This document shows, piece by piece, positions 23,616-37,678 of a stretch of DNA of 64,000 nucleotides (position 1 is its first letter; each line of letters opens with the position of its first letter). The DNA lies in the NCBI RefSeq assembly GCF_902652985.1, contig NC_047017.1:5828001-5892000 (forward strand). Direction: 5' to 3'. A program made the translations under genes and the position numbers. The notes under the pieces were generated by a model. The model was not told the origin of the DNA, made no database searches, and was given only the letters and a program-made list of their open reading frames with translations. The DNA comes from Pecten maximus (taxonomy: Eukaryota).

Positions 23616-26600
23616 TCCGTTTACTTACAAACAACGTGCTACGACAAACCGGAAGTAGATATTGAGTATTGTATAAAGGCCAAAATAGTCGAATACCAAA
23701 ATTTCGGCTAACCACTGGATAGTTTTTTTTTTATAATATACCGATTATAGTAGACCAAAGTAGTAGAACAAAAAAATGTGTGTTAGTATAGATTTTAAGT
23801 GATATTGTGTGTATATAATTTAGATTGAACGAAAATGTATCAGAGTGTACAGTACATGTATGTAAAATATGAAAAGAATGTGTGAGGGGATAGGATCTCT
23901 GATGAGTGAGAGATAGGATGTCTGATGAGTGAAAGCCCTCCTGCGTGAGGACATTTGTTTATATATATATACATGCTTGTTGAATAAAATTGATTTAAAA
24001 AAAAAAAAAAAAGATTTCCCTGTGATGTTAGCTAGACGTTGTTCAAGTAAGTTATATTGGTTGGTAGTTTCGCTTCCCCGACTCTCATGTTGAGAACGTG
24101 CAATTACCTCTATTGGACCTTAATTTCCATGAAAGTGTTATCGGTGAATGAATATATTGAGTTTTTCCCTTTTTGAGACATTCATATTATCCTCTTGTTA
24201 ATAAACATTTCATTTATGTTTTCAAAATTAAGTTGGTCACGATTTCGTTGTTTGCCAGTCGACATTCTCTAGCTTTTTTGTAAAGTACGTAGGATGTTTT
24301 ATTTCCGTTACATCTTCCATGTTCTCTTGTGCAATGATCAATTCTTAGAGAGTGAAACACAAAGGAATGTACGGTTACAAAGGATACTATTTAAGAAGAG
24401 TTTGCCATAGTTTCAGCGAGAGTTGCTGACTAGCAAGTTGAGTCGCCTATATCCATGATTGGCCTTATCCACCAAAATATACGTATTCCTGTTTTCAATA
24501 AAACGGGAAAATTAAATTATTTCTGTCAGGGATATTCGAAACGGTATATGTTTCTTTTAACATTCAGATTTTAGGTTTTAATATCACTGACAACAATACA
24601 TTTGCACCATTTTTTCAGGCATTCATGAACAAGTCTGTGTCGACTATCAAAATCAACAATTTGTGACCTATATACTGACATACATATCTTGGCTTCCAGA
24701 CTGGAACAGTTTCTCCATCACACCTTTCCTATATACATAGTTGCAATCTGGTTGTTTTGCGTTTGTTCTGACATTATCTGATTCGCATTGATCCTTCGGA
24801 AAGCCAGTCGCTACACAATGAAGTTCCACAATAAATCAGCTGTTTTTTTCCTAGAAACCCATAATGCTTCCTTTAGGATAATTTCAAGTCAAGATATTAT
24901 CTTAAGTTAAGAAACGACGATGAAACTGAAGCCTTCTAATCGACTATACAGGTGATATTGTCGCATTCTTCCTTTTCTAGTGGAGGTTTGCTGTAATTGG
25001 AAGCACAGAAAGGACTGGCAGTCGTTATAGATTTGTTTCCTTAGCAGAGCCAGACCAAAATGTCACTCCTGTCTCGCGGTGTCCTTTTTGGAAGGTTTTC
25101 CCAAAAAATCACCGCATCTCCGCTTGAGGACAGTCCTCTTTATTACTTGTATTTATTACTTAAAACAGGTGTATCTAACTAATGTATGCTATATCTATAT
25201 TCAACGAGGAGGGTTATGCAGCGGCATTTATCGTAATGATTAAAAAGTATAGTCTATTTCAAAAGTTCACCTTAGAGAATATTTTCATCAAACTTTTGGC
25301 AAAACTTCGATTTGAATCCACTAAGAAACAATTGTTGTCAATGGAGCAGAAGACTATTTCTCTTCCGAATCACCTGCTGTTTTAAACCTGAAACTTTCCC
25401 ATGAGACTCCATACAAATCTATATATTTGTTTATATTGTGCCCTCGCTTAATCGATTTAAATTTTGGTTTCGTAACGATGTCGGTATTCTTTGTTGTTTT
25501 TTTTGTATATGACAATATGGGATATGCTAATTGTAATCAAGATGCAGTGTTTTCAGAAAATTTTGACTACATATCACCCGTTTTCCCATTGATATTCCGT
25601 TAAACGCTGCCTATTTTCAGCTATGTTTTATACATTGTTCAAGGTAGTTTCAATTTTTGAAATTCAACCGTTGCAATATTTATTCTCTATTTCGACTTTG
25701 ATTTTGAAACTTATGATTTGTATTTAGAACTATATTGATATTCAAAACCCGTTTTCATATTTGAAACATTTCACTCTTTATTCAAAATCTTGGCGAATGA
25801 TTTTGTATTCGTTTCATGACAACGGAACAAAATTAATTGGCAATTCGTCATGATGTAATAGCTGATACTGAAGTGTTTGTTACGACTGTGTTACAATGAC
25901 GCTTTGATTTGGCAATAGTCATGCACTTCTACGAGGTAACTATACGCCGATAACGATAATTAAATGTCGTTCGAATTGCACTCATGTTTAAAGCAGAATA
26001 TCAATGAAAAAAAGCCCAACCTTTCCGTTTCTTTATTTGAATCAGAAATTCAAACTTGCTGATCTCTCTTGCTATTTTGATACACTTTATAGTGTGATTA
26101 TTTCAAATCTAAGCATTTCCGTTACTACTTGTATTACCAAATGCCCTTCCTGTCTCTCTTGTCAATGAAACCTTTCAGTTTGTACAAGGTTTGGAGCGGA
26201 ATAAAGTTATATCATCATTGTAATGATATGTCAGCTGTTATTCCGTGTCCATTTCGATGTCAATTAGCTCCGAAAAATCAACATTGAATGTTGCGTCAGT
26301 GTTCCATTACGTAATTGTTTTTTCTCTGTATTCTTGTTTTGTTTTCTTTTGTCTGTTCATTTTTTTAAGGGAATTGTATCAGTTCCTATTAGCGATACAA
26401 TATGCATGTTAATTATTGGAAAACAGGACAAAAAGACAAAAACAAAAAAAATTAAAAAATGTTGATTAACAAAACAAGTAGCGTCATTTTCGGGTTCTTG
26501 GACGAAGGACGAGCATTATTCAGCATATAAAGTTTCCACTGCTATAACGTTTAAGATTGATGAAGTTTAATTGATTTTTGTCTCTACTGTATCGAATTCA

Positions 26601-28259
26601 ACTTGCATTGAAGGTGTTATTACCATGAATGTCTGATGTACACACCTTTAGTCAATTGTTTACAAGTGCAGCTTAGGGACAATCCTAGATGACGAAAGCA
26701 AGGACGGCGGACTATCGATATGTTTCAACAGACGTATGCATTACAGATTTTTAACTTGTATAAATGCCCTAATATCTCCTCCAAATGAAGAGACCTTCAT
26801 CCTGAGGGGATGTCGTCTCTAGCATTGGCGGTTGAATAGCCATTTTTTTACCGCAGGTCGTAAGAGCATTGGGTATCATTTCCGGTTTAGTTAAGAGCTA
26901 CGCAGGGCTGTTTTATGGAAGGATATTAGTCCAGCCGAAATAAAAGACAACGCGATGGAGATCGAAGTGTGAATAAGGAGCGGCCGCGACAGAGGACAAA
27001 GCCAAATGCAAAACTTGGAATTAACTACATATTGTGAAAGGCCCTGGTGCGTGTTCCACATAGATATTCAGACAGTACTGCTACGAAGCGACAATATACC
27101 AAGTAATATTTCCTATGTAAAATGTATACCCATATTTCAATTTTCGTGAAACTTATACAGAATAATAATGTATATCATTGGCTATATGGAATATCGTTTT
27201 CATAAATCTCAAACTACATAAACAGAATATGTTTACGAGCGGACTTAAACTCAATTTCACCCACGTTGAATATATGATACCAGCGAAGCCTTTGGAAACA
27301 AGCAAGACAAATTGAAGTATATTCCTCCCCACGTTTGATTTTATGCAGTAAGACCGTATATTTGCAAATACATAAGCTGTGTGGAACTAAATCAATAACT
27401 ATACTTGTCTACTAAAGTCATTTACTGAGATCTGCTCTCTGTGATACCCGTAAAGAATCAACAGCGAGTGTTTATTTCATCCCGATGAGAGAGATATCTA
27501 GTAACGCTACTTCTCCCTAATAGATATAATTAATGTAACTAAATTTATCCCACGGACATCGGAAAAAATCTTTAAAAAGTTTTAATACCCATATTTCTCG
27601 GGTTAAGTTTTTATTTATATAAAAATGTTTAGAATTATAGCGAAATATATAACATCCCCGTGATGTCAAACTAACTAGTCTTTAAAGTAATTAACTCCGG
27701 AATCGGTGGTTGGCTCCGGAATTAGTGTATCTTGATTAGATCTGGTTTCTTGTATTATATTTTTGATCCAATTGGACAGTATCTGTTCGGTTATCTGGGT
27801 GAAGCTAATTCTAAATTTATGTTTAATAAAGAGAATTATTGAGGAACATGAATCCGAAGAATAGGATTTTGACGTTCGTTTGGTGCCATGTGAGACACAG
27901 GGGACTTGTTAGATAAACAGAGTTGAAAGTATCGTTTTGACACACTAGTATGCGGCCGGCGGATGACTTATGCCATTAATGTGAAACACAATTGCCTTAA
28001 ATAATTTAATCTGACTTAAACTCTTTCAAAATAAAAAGAAATCAACCTTCCAAATAAAACAAATTATAATATGTATTTTGAAAATAAATGTTATGAAATG
28101 TCTGGAAACAAGGCTCACGATGTTTCTCCTAAATGACAACTTTTAGTTCTATATATAAAAGGTGGGTCAGACAAGTTTGACCTTTTAGTACGAATTATGA
28201 CCGTTATGAGTAAAATGCTGCTGAGATCGTGACGTCAACAACATTTTTTGTAAAGATTA

Positions 28260-28328
28260 ACTGCCTACTGAAGAAAACTTACAACATAGAGTTAAACTCT
28301 ATGTTGTAAGTTTTCTGCAGTCGGCAGT
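28260..28328. repeat. 69-bp near-perfect palindrome
   Basis: 34-bp arms (32/34 matching) around a single A at 28294. Confidence 0.9.
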
Positions 28329-28439
28329 CGATATCTATCATGGTGTCATGCTATTGGAGACTACACCTAATGAATACTGAATCTACTTGGAAATAAAATA
28401 TGTTATGTGGGGTAAGATGTTACAATCAAGAAATGGAAA

Positions 28440-28443
<4 letters not shown>

Positions 28444-28477
<34 letters not shown>
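28444..28477. repeat. (TA)n microsatellite
   Basis: Uninterrupted TA dinucleotide run. Confidence 0.95.
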
Positions 28478-28479
<2 letters not shown>

Positions 28480-29970
28480 TTTTTAGCGGGGAAAATAAAT
28501 ACATCGCCACCGCTTTGTAATGTCAATTCATTTACATTCATTGCACGACAGGTGCTGACAACTTAACTCGGTTGTTACTGTCAAGGAGATCCGAGTAGAT
28601 AGAAAATAAATGCTGAGGCAATCAGTAGTTATTATTATAGCTTTTTACCTGTCAATCCTTTATTGTGGATGTCAAGATACGCTACTGACTTCGTCTTCCT
28701 AAAACTGAATACAATCATTCAGTTCTATTTGATACTCAGAGATGTCTAGTTAATAAATAAATAAATAAATACATAAATGAATATATAATTAAAGAAATAA
28801 ATAAATAAAGATCAACATTTGGTTTGTTCGCGTGTTTGTGTTGGGTTTTATTATACTAGCCAAATGAAACCCAAATAGGTCATCCAAAAATGAATTTCAA
28901 ACTAAATTTAGGAATTTTAAGTATATATTTTATAACTATGACAGTTACTGTTGGTAGATACTGTACGGTTCAAATGTGTAATTCTTTTTATATGGATTTT
29001 GCATATTTCTGAAGGTATGACGTATTTGAAGATGATATATATATGTAAGATAAGTTTAGCAGTTTTTTCTAGTCCCAATCAAGGACATTGAGCGTGTTAT
29101 GTAACGAAGATACATGTAGTTAACTCGAGCACAAACAATTAGTTTGTAAAATATATTTGTATTAGGAAAGTAGATAACTCTACGATAAATAACAGACAAC
29201 TTTTGTAATGTAGCATACATCCTTAAGCAAACCACGCGTCGGAACATTACCACACATTGTTTACTCTGGAGAGAGTTCCGAGCCTGTAGTTTTCCTGTAA
29301 GTTAATGGTCGACATGTGCTTAATCTCAAATGTTCTTGTTACAGGTCGCCCGCTAGTGGTGAGTTGTGAAGATTACTGGCCGAATACAAACAAACGAAGC
29401 CTTACCTTGTCAGAAAAACCATCACAAACTAATGCTACCAAGCATAGTCTAGCAAATACCGTGTCAAGTTCATCTCAGTCCCTAATATCGGGCTCCGCAA
29501 TCTCGATAGCATACACTTGATTCCAAAACCTTTACGTACACAAAGCCGATGTAAAAGTGTACAAATCGGAAGTTCGTCCCGGGACATGCTCATTTAAAAA
29601 AAAAAAAAAAAAACTTTCTTTGAAAATGGGAGATTGTTTAAGTTGCTGTTGAATCGATCGAAATAGATTGTCACGTCAAATCATTAGAGACCTTTCTCTT
29701 CCATTTAAAGAATGGGGCGATTTTGAAGTATATACCACACCCTGATTCGCGGGATTTGTTTGCGAAAGGTTTTCCCTTCGAGCCATTTATCCAATGACAA
29801 CTATAAGATTACAAACACGACAATTGCAGCGAGCAGAAAATCGACTGTTAACGAAGACGGCAGAGCCGGCAACGGCAACGAGAGCTCCCGTAACGCCACA
29901 GAAAACAAGCTTACATACGAGTTACAGACCCTAGCTGTGAAAACGGCAGATTCCTGCGAGGGCATGACTT

Positions 29971-30454
29971 ATTGGCTACGGAACCGACCACTCGTTTTGT
30001 TTTAATAGTTGATACGGTCTCTCGTTTTTAGTCTTGATTGGATTATACGGGACAAGACATACCGAAACAGTAAAGTCAGTGACTTCAATGTTTGGCTTTA
30101 TTTTAAAATGTTGACTTTGGATTGTGAGGTTGACAGCGTATTTATAGAAAGGAGAATGCGTAGATAAGTGTTATTTAAACATCCATTGTTTGTGAAATTC
30201 GTATTTAATTATTAAAATATCAACATCAATTAATGGGTTTATATTACTGGAAATGATAGTTGAACAATGTGATTCGATAAATCAAAAAGGGATTTTTAAG
30301 AAGTTGACACGCGAGAGGACAATATTTCTAGAAAATTTATTCCATATACGCACTTAAATTGTCGGCTGATTGAATCACTTCAGGGTAGATATAAACTGCG
30401 TCTGATGAAACAAAATACATACAAAACGGGGCATTAATCACCTTAGTGACGTCA
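29971..30454 (+). promoter_or_regulatory. Candidate promoter/5' regulatory motifs of the GPCR gene
   Basis: ATTGG (reverse CCAAT) at 29971 and 30037, TATTTATA at 30139, and a palindromic CRE TGACGTCA at 30447-30454, all within 650 bp of the ATG. These are short motifs and the transcription start is unknown. Confidence 0.25.
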
Positions 30455-30617
30455 GAAGATTTTAAGTTGTTATTGCAAAGCCTGGAAATACATTATATAT
30501 GGATATGTAGAATGTCACTTGCTGTGGAACTCGCGAGATTTAAATAAATTATAACCAGCTGTTTTTGCCGTACGGTTACCGACACAGCGACTAGATCGGG
30601 ACGGAAACACAACTAGT

Positions 30618-31111
30618 ATGGCGGACGGGAAACCCATTGGAAATTCTGTAGTGTTTAACACTTCAGCTTTTAACATTTCTGGATTGTCGGGTGATGTGTT
30701 GTGCTACTTATGGGGGAACTGTACAAATGACACAAGAGAACTACTGGATCGATGTAGTGGTGGTGTGTTCGATTCCTACGTGGATTTTACCCAAATTTTC
30801 GCCGTTCATACCGCAATGGTCGTTTGCTACCTCCTGGTAATGGTTTTCGCTGTTTTTGGAAACATCTTGGTGATCTGGACGATCTGGAGAAATACGCACA
30901 TGCACACGGTGACCAACTATTACATAGTGAACCTCGCACTTTCGGATTTCCTCGTGTCCTCAATTGTCCTACCACTCAAACTTCTGGAATACACAAGCCC
31001 CTGTGATTGGCAGATTTTCAGCCATGATGGCCTATGTGCTGTTGTCTACTACATTCTACCAATATTCGTCTTTGCCAGTGTTCTTACTCTCGTCGCTATT
31101 TCCTTAGAAAG
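30618..31111 (+). CDS. First coding exon (N-terminus to end of TM3) of a class A neuropeptide GPCR, orexin/allatotropin/QRFP/CCK-receptor-like
   Basis: Translation shows N-glycosylation sequons (NTS, NIS, NCT, NDT), TM1 ending GNILV, IL1-TM2 MHTVTNYYIVNLALSD, ECL1 Trp and Cys, and TM3 ending SVLTLVAISLER. The frame ends at AG|GTAAGT (donor at 31112), a phase-2 intron inside the E/DRY arginine codon, as in many peptide GPCR genes. Confidence 0.93.
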
Positions 31112-33829
31112 GTAAGTCTTCTCAATACAATTGATAAAACTAACAAAAATCGTTCTGTTTTGCAGCGTTGCTTATTTTGACTCCCAGTCATCCTTCTTAT
31201 GTTCACACTGTATGTTGATTTTAACTTAATATCGCTTTTAAAATAAATAGATTTTGATTTTGAGCTGTACTACACACAGCATACAAAATAAGGCCGCCAA
31301 AATTATCCTCAACGATAAGATTTTAGTATGATAGAAATGTTGGGTTTCCCTATGTTTCTCTATCGCAGAATATCGATGACCTCGGTGCATATCAAAGCTT
31401 TTAGGAAAATTAAACAGATTTGTTCGCGGTGAACTTGTTTTAGATATGAGTTTAAAGCAATCTTAACATTATTATACATTAAGAATTGCAATAACCAAAT
31501 AAAATTAAAAAAAAACAAAAAAAAACAAAAAATTGTGTATCGGAGAAATTAAAATCTACTGCCCTTCTTTTATTCAATATTTAAGACAATTACTTTTTTT
31601 GTTTATATTTAATTGAAACTGAGAATGCAATGACTGGAAGAAAGTTTCATGCCCTCTGTCTATACATTTGATTTCATCTGATCGTCTACATAATCATCGA
31701 AACTCGTACAGAAACACACATGTAAAAAAAACCCAATAGGTCTGATCCAGCAAGCAGATTATATTCAAACAGACCGGGGTCTGATTAATTTACTGAAAGT
31801 GTTGCTAATGACTATTTTAGTACACGCCGGTTACTTCTCAGTGATTAACCCCATAAACTAATACTTGTAATTAGTCCGCATTCCCTGCTAATTACACACG
31901 CGTGTTTGTGAAGTCGAATAGACAGTTACTGGAGCTATTCGTGTCTCGTCCTTTAAGTTTGTCTGTACGTGAATGATTGAATTTATTGATTCAACGATAT
32001 AATCATTTGACCTAAGTTTATTTATCAAAACAAACTGAAACGTATCTTTATTCATCATGATATACCACTTTGAAACTTAATTCATCTTTAAAGGGCAAAC
32101 ATGTACGAATTAATAACTTCAAAATTGCAGTACTCTTGGGTAATATACATCTATTGGCGTTTGATGAGGTTTGTTACAGGGATTATCAACGCTGTGATAA
32201 CAATATTAACCGAGGGATTCAAATCACATCCTTCTTCAGTAACGTAAATATACAATATTGCAGACATAAGTCTGTAGATAACTGAAAAATTACTTAAAAC
32301 ACTGATATTATATTCAGACCGCATATGAACGGAATATACGCTGATTTGTTATGCCATTGCACGTGCAGTATAATGCACTTCCTGTCTCATTACTATTCAT
32401 ATATCTTGTTAGTTATGCTATTACACGTACAAAGCCTTGAATGCTGGTTTATTATGAGTTTGCAAATGCGTGTTGGCTGTATGATTTATGTATCCTTACA
32501 TTCATTCGAAGCCTATACTATTTTGTTGCGTCCCTACACGTAGTCTAGCGGTATAATAATTTTTATGTGTTCGCGCACGCACTGTTACGGAGATTTCTGG
32601 TGAAAAATACGTTTAATCAGGCAACATTCTCGTTCATGAATAAAAGATAACACCAGCTACTGATATAGAAAAGAATATTAAAGTTTCGAATGATAAATAC
32701 ATGTAGGGTGTGTTTTCTGGATAAGAATAATTACTATTCACATATCTAAAGACGACAATTAATGATCATCTTATCTGCTAAGATGCTGGTAATAACTATA
32801 TTGTATTTTCAACGTACTAATTGATGTAGATGACAAAGGATTAGAGATGGGTAGTCGTTTATGCTTCTACATAAAACATATGCTTAATAGAGAAAAGAGC
32901 AAAAAGATATGCTTAATAGAGAAAAGAAAAAAAAAAGATATAGTCCAGATGTATAATAACGACAGAGGATAGCCTTTAGAGAGAGGAAGCTCATTTCCGT
33001 ATGAATCAAAGAAAGGCTGGCATTAATTATCTTACATTGTTAATAATCTTCGCCCATTTCTGAACCCACATATAAAAACTTCACGAATCGCTATTAGAAA
33101 ATACTGAAACATTCTTTATCTCCCGAAACCCCATTAAAATAAAACAAAAAACTTGTGATAGCACAATCGGTTAATAAACAAAGACAGAATTAAATGGTAT
33201 TTCATAATTCCTGCACGTACTATTCATGTCCTCATAGCAATTGTTTGACATCGTCCCCTTAAATCCAAGCTATGAAATAAACAAATTTCCCAAAAGAACA
33301 TCCATACTTTAAAACTATTTCTATACAAAATGATCATGAGAAAACAAATTTCGAATTTCGAAAACAAAATTCTGTCGATAAGATAATTATCTTTTGATAG
33401 CATATTCAGGAGTTTCCGGGATAATTACATTCAAAACAACCAAAGCTAGGGTTGTCGAACGCTTTTTCTTGATCCTTTTCCTAACACAAACAATGTTGAA
33501 CGAATAGCCGTACTGCTAATTCATTATCGTTTTAAAATTACGAAAACGAAAACAATGTTCAAATTGCCACAGGACATTTTGGAGACTCAAAATAGCATGC
33601 TCGTAGAGATAAACATGAGTTTTCACAATCTCGAAATAATGCTACACGAAATTTGTTAATTAAGAACACAGCAAAAATATCAGCTTTTTAATTTTTGAAT
33701 TATGCACTAGAAACATGACAACATCGTGGATGTAACCGGAACGATGACGTCTACAGTGTCAAAACCGACTACATGCTAATCCCTGCATGAAACAGTATCA
33801 TGTATCAGTCTATATGTGTTACATGTTGT

Positions 33830-34890
33830 ATATAAGTCGATATCCGGTTGATAATCCAGTCTGGATGTGTGTCAAGATGGTCATGTGTAGGCCAGTATCT
33901 GAACTAATAAGCCATGAATGTGTTTTAATGTTTAGTCTATTAATACTCACATATAGGTATATATCTGGACATGCAGATCACCACATTTGTATCAATATCT
34001 TGTCTATAGATGTCAATATGAAGGTCAGCATCTGGCCGAAAAGACAGCCAAATATGTGTCAATATCGTCGCTAACGGCGTTCATATGTAGGTCAATTTCC
34101 AGATTAATAGCCACTAAATGTATGTCACCGACTAGTATAGAGATGTTTCTATATAAGTCAACATCGGGCCTAACATACCCCACATTTGTATTAGCATTAT
34201 CATGTCGTGAGAAGTTCATGTGTGAGTCAATATCCGGCCTAATAGACCCCACATTTGTGTCAGCATCTGGTCTTCAGAGGTTCCTGTTTAAGTCAGTATC
34301 CGGACAAAAAGACCCTATATTTGTGTCATTGTCTGGTCTTGAGAGGTTTCTGTATGAGTCAGTATCCGGACTAATAGAACCCATATTTGTGTCAGCATCT
34401 GGTCTTGAGATGTTCATGTGTATGTCCATATCCGGACAAAAAGACTCCATATTTGTATTAGTATGGCCATGAGAGGTTCCTGTTAAGTCAGTATCCGGAC
34501 TTACACAACCCATATTTGTTACAGCATTATCTTGTCTTGAGAGGTTCCTGTGTAAGACAATGTTCGGACTAACGAGATCCGAAAGTGATTTTGTCCGAAA
34601 ATAAGTGAATATTTGGACTAGAGAAGTCCATATGTAGGCCAATATCTGGACTAATTTGATCCGAAAGTGTGTCAGTGTCTGGAGTTGAAAAGTCGATATG
34701 TAGGCCAACATCCGTACTGATTTGATCCGAAAGTGTATCCGTATCTGGATTAGAAAGGTCCATATGATGGTCATTATCCGGACTAACATGTTCCGAAAGT
34801 GTGTGAATATCCGGAAAAGAGAGAGCGGTCCATATGTACATGTAGGTCACTATCTGGACTGGAAAGGTTAATATGTAAGTCAATACCCAG
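33830..34890. repeat. Diverged 66-bp tandem array (33-bp sub-period) with an Asp/Pro-rich frame on the - strand
   Basis: Units such as GAGAGGTTCCTGTTTAAGTCAGTATCCGGAC...CCCATATTTGTGTCAGCATCTGGTCTT; the - strand translates as 22-aa repeats (NLSRPDADTNMGSISPDTDSYR). Confidence 0.85.
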
Positions 34891-36068
34891 ACTAAGGATT
34901 GCCAACTATGTGACGAAGCAAACAGAAGACATCAAATGCATAATAAAAAGACAATGGTTGTTCATATCACCTAGGTTTGCTTCAGTCCCTTTACACCAAT
35001 AAAAATGGTCTTAATCGTGAATAGAATCAGGCAATTCAGCGGCATCCACAGAAGTTGATGAATGTATATGTTATAGCTTTCAAATGATGGTGACAACTTC
35101 GATAAAATGGTTTTCCCCATGGCATACCCTCATATCTTACTAAAATAGAAATGTATCATTGAAATTGTACTGAAAATGAGAATCACATCAAAACAATTAT
35201 TCCTATAGCTATTCATCTTCATTGTAAAGCATTGGTTTTGACATTTGCAATTATGAACTGAGCAATTTTCCGATTATTACTCCAACAAATTATCTTTTTC
35301 ATGTGATGAATTTATACATAGTAAAGATTAATGTCATTTTATGCCTCTTGTAGTACATCTTTCAGACAAATATGTGAATGACGGAACGATTGTCAGGATT
35401 TCGTCGACATCGGGTACCCACAATAATGTTGGCTTTAAAATGCTAAATAACAGTCCAGCATTTTAGTTGCCAGAGACACCTGGACTGTTACTGTGGATGC
35501 AATGGCCAAATAATACTTTTTATTCCTGGATATGAGAGAGCAAAGGTAATTTGCATTTCTCAAGACAATATACATCATAAACATATTCTGGTCAAGTGGT
35601 AGCAGCAATGAGGTCCAATCAAATGACCATTTTTGCGATCATCTGAACAGCAGACCTGACTTACATTACGTTCATTCCGAGATCTGGGTTTATTTCTTTG
35701 AACTCAATGGCGGGTCAATAACAACCGATGCTTGTCGTGATATTGAGAAAGGTAATTGATTGGAAAACATATCAAAGGCGTCAAGAAAAGGTTTATTTTA
35801 CTATACCGTTCAGTTCTACTGAGATTGATTGGTACCAAATACCGTGTGAGAGAGGGAAAGCTATAATTGTCGAGTTTTGTATAAACAAAGTACTGAAGTT
35901 TGTTATCAATTAAAGCAGCGTACAAGTATTGCGTTAAAATCAATACACCTAATTCAAGACTATCAACTATCACACAAAACTGACTTTGAAAAGTCGTTTT
36001 AAAGCGTGATGTTCAACTGTTAATGTAATATGGGGGATATTGACGTATTTGTCCGAGAATATCACGTA

Positions 36069-36240
36069 ACCCGGATTTGACCGAGATATATATACGAGGA
36101 ATGTCGTCGACGAAACAGAAGACGCTTACTCTTCCACGACATCTGGTCATATTCTTCATCTACATTTGTTTTAATGGTCTCCATGCGATTCTAGATATTT
36201 GTCCATATTTTGCTCTTATTTGATGAGTTTGAGACTTACA
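36069..36240 (+). mobile_element. 3'-end remnant of the Penelope-like family
   Basis: CCCGGATTTGACCGAGAT...TGTCGTCGACGAAACAGAAGACGCTTACTCTTCCACGACATCTGGTC. Confidence 0.6.
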
Positions 36241-37678
36241 AATGTTTTATTATGTCTGTATTCCCTCTTGTTTTTGCATGTATTGAAATGTCTTATCAGC
36301 TCCACATGGGCCTCTTTAGCTTGTATGCATCTTTTAAAACCATGTAGTATGGTTTGATCATCATATTCATCAATCTGAAATCTCTTTGACATCTTCCTGT
36401 TCCATTTACTAAGAAATTTCACTCTCTAGGACATTTTTGTTTTCGGTGATCTCAGCTGCGCCATCTGCCGGTGCCGGGCCGTATTTAAAAGGGGAGACTA
36501 ATGCTCAGCGTTTATCAAGGATAACGCGACTGTTGATTTCGATCAAAATGTGGTCAGTGGGGACAGAGCATATCAAATGTTTCTCCTACACAACATAGAA
36601 TTCGGAAAACCTCGATGAATATTGAATTATATATACACTTAAAACTGGACCCTTTTGAAGTAAGGTGAAGCCAAATTAAATTGAGAAATGTTGCGAAAGA
36701 ATATTTTCAAATGATAGTTCTGACAAAAACCTTCGATATTTGCTTCTTGATTTATTTTCAATTTTTCAATGATAACACGATGCCTAGCAAGAATCTGCTT
36801 GCTAGCCATTACAGGCCTTCCCTATATTTTTGTTGCCTTCCCTGTACTTTTGTTGGGATGATTCTAATGTTTAACATTACGATACAAGATATTGTTTTTT
36901 TTTGTTTTTTGTTGTTTTTTTTTGCTGTCAGATGTGTTCACAATGAAACTGCTAGTTGATAATTTAATTAGTTCCTTAAATTGTTATTAGCATGGGTTAA
37001 AATAAAACACATCATTTTAAAAGAAATACTATTTCCGGAGTTATTTTTTCAAATTGTCTCTTATGACATCACCAAGGTACAATAAAACACTGAGTGAATT
37101 AAATTTCACAGAACTGAATTTTTTATCTCAACAATGTATTGTGACGGAGAAAAATAAATCAACGAGAAAAATCTGTTTGAAAATTTTAAATATTTATTTT
37201 ATTTCTGCAACTCCAAGGTCGTGATGTGATAAATTCCGACACGGAACACAATTGATATTCCCTTTTTAAATATTTTATTGGAATACATGTAGGTGTTAAA
37301 TACAAGATGAAGCACGCAACAGTCATAGTCTATGAGGGCCATCCTCTGTTCAGAAATGGAGCATAACTTCTTCGAATTAGAGACAATGGAAATCGCAAAA
37401 TGAGTATTTTAAAGGGAAATATCGTAACCAGACAATGAGCATCATGTTCAAAATCTGACAAAATGTGTCATCTCATTACGAGTCATTAAATGTACATTGT
37501 TTCCTATAGTAAAAGTGAGGGCCAACTTTAATATCCGAGTACTAGTAAAATGATGATTGGTTCATCTTTCGAATGACGTAATTGTCTATGAATTAAAATA
37601 CATACATAAACGATTCGAACTAAAAATCTATAAATTGAGGGGAAACTATTTACAGAAACAACATTCGAAACGTAAAAA

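Larger units (their letters stand above)
21310..24010 (+). mobile_element. 5'-truncated L1/Tx1-type LINE, interrupted by a DNA transposon
   Basis: 14-bp TSD AAGATTTCCCTGTG at 21296-21309 and 24011-24024. AATAAA at 23983 and poly(A) from 23997. ORF2 C-terminal motifs KKAIPK, KW..IPWEKVW, LHWKSIHKIIYT and zinc knuckle CHMCNTETETLTHLFFHC. Confidence 0.9.

Noticed and set aside
23889-23952. CTGATGA...GAAA hammerhead in the LINE 3' UTR
   Set aside because: No stem II or stem I pairing; the motif lies in a 23-bp tandem duplication.
29330-29363. 14-nt 5' UTR micro-exon (TTACAG|...|GTGAGT)
   Set aside because: Splice-like motifs alone are common; needs transcript evidence.
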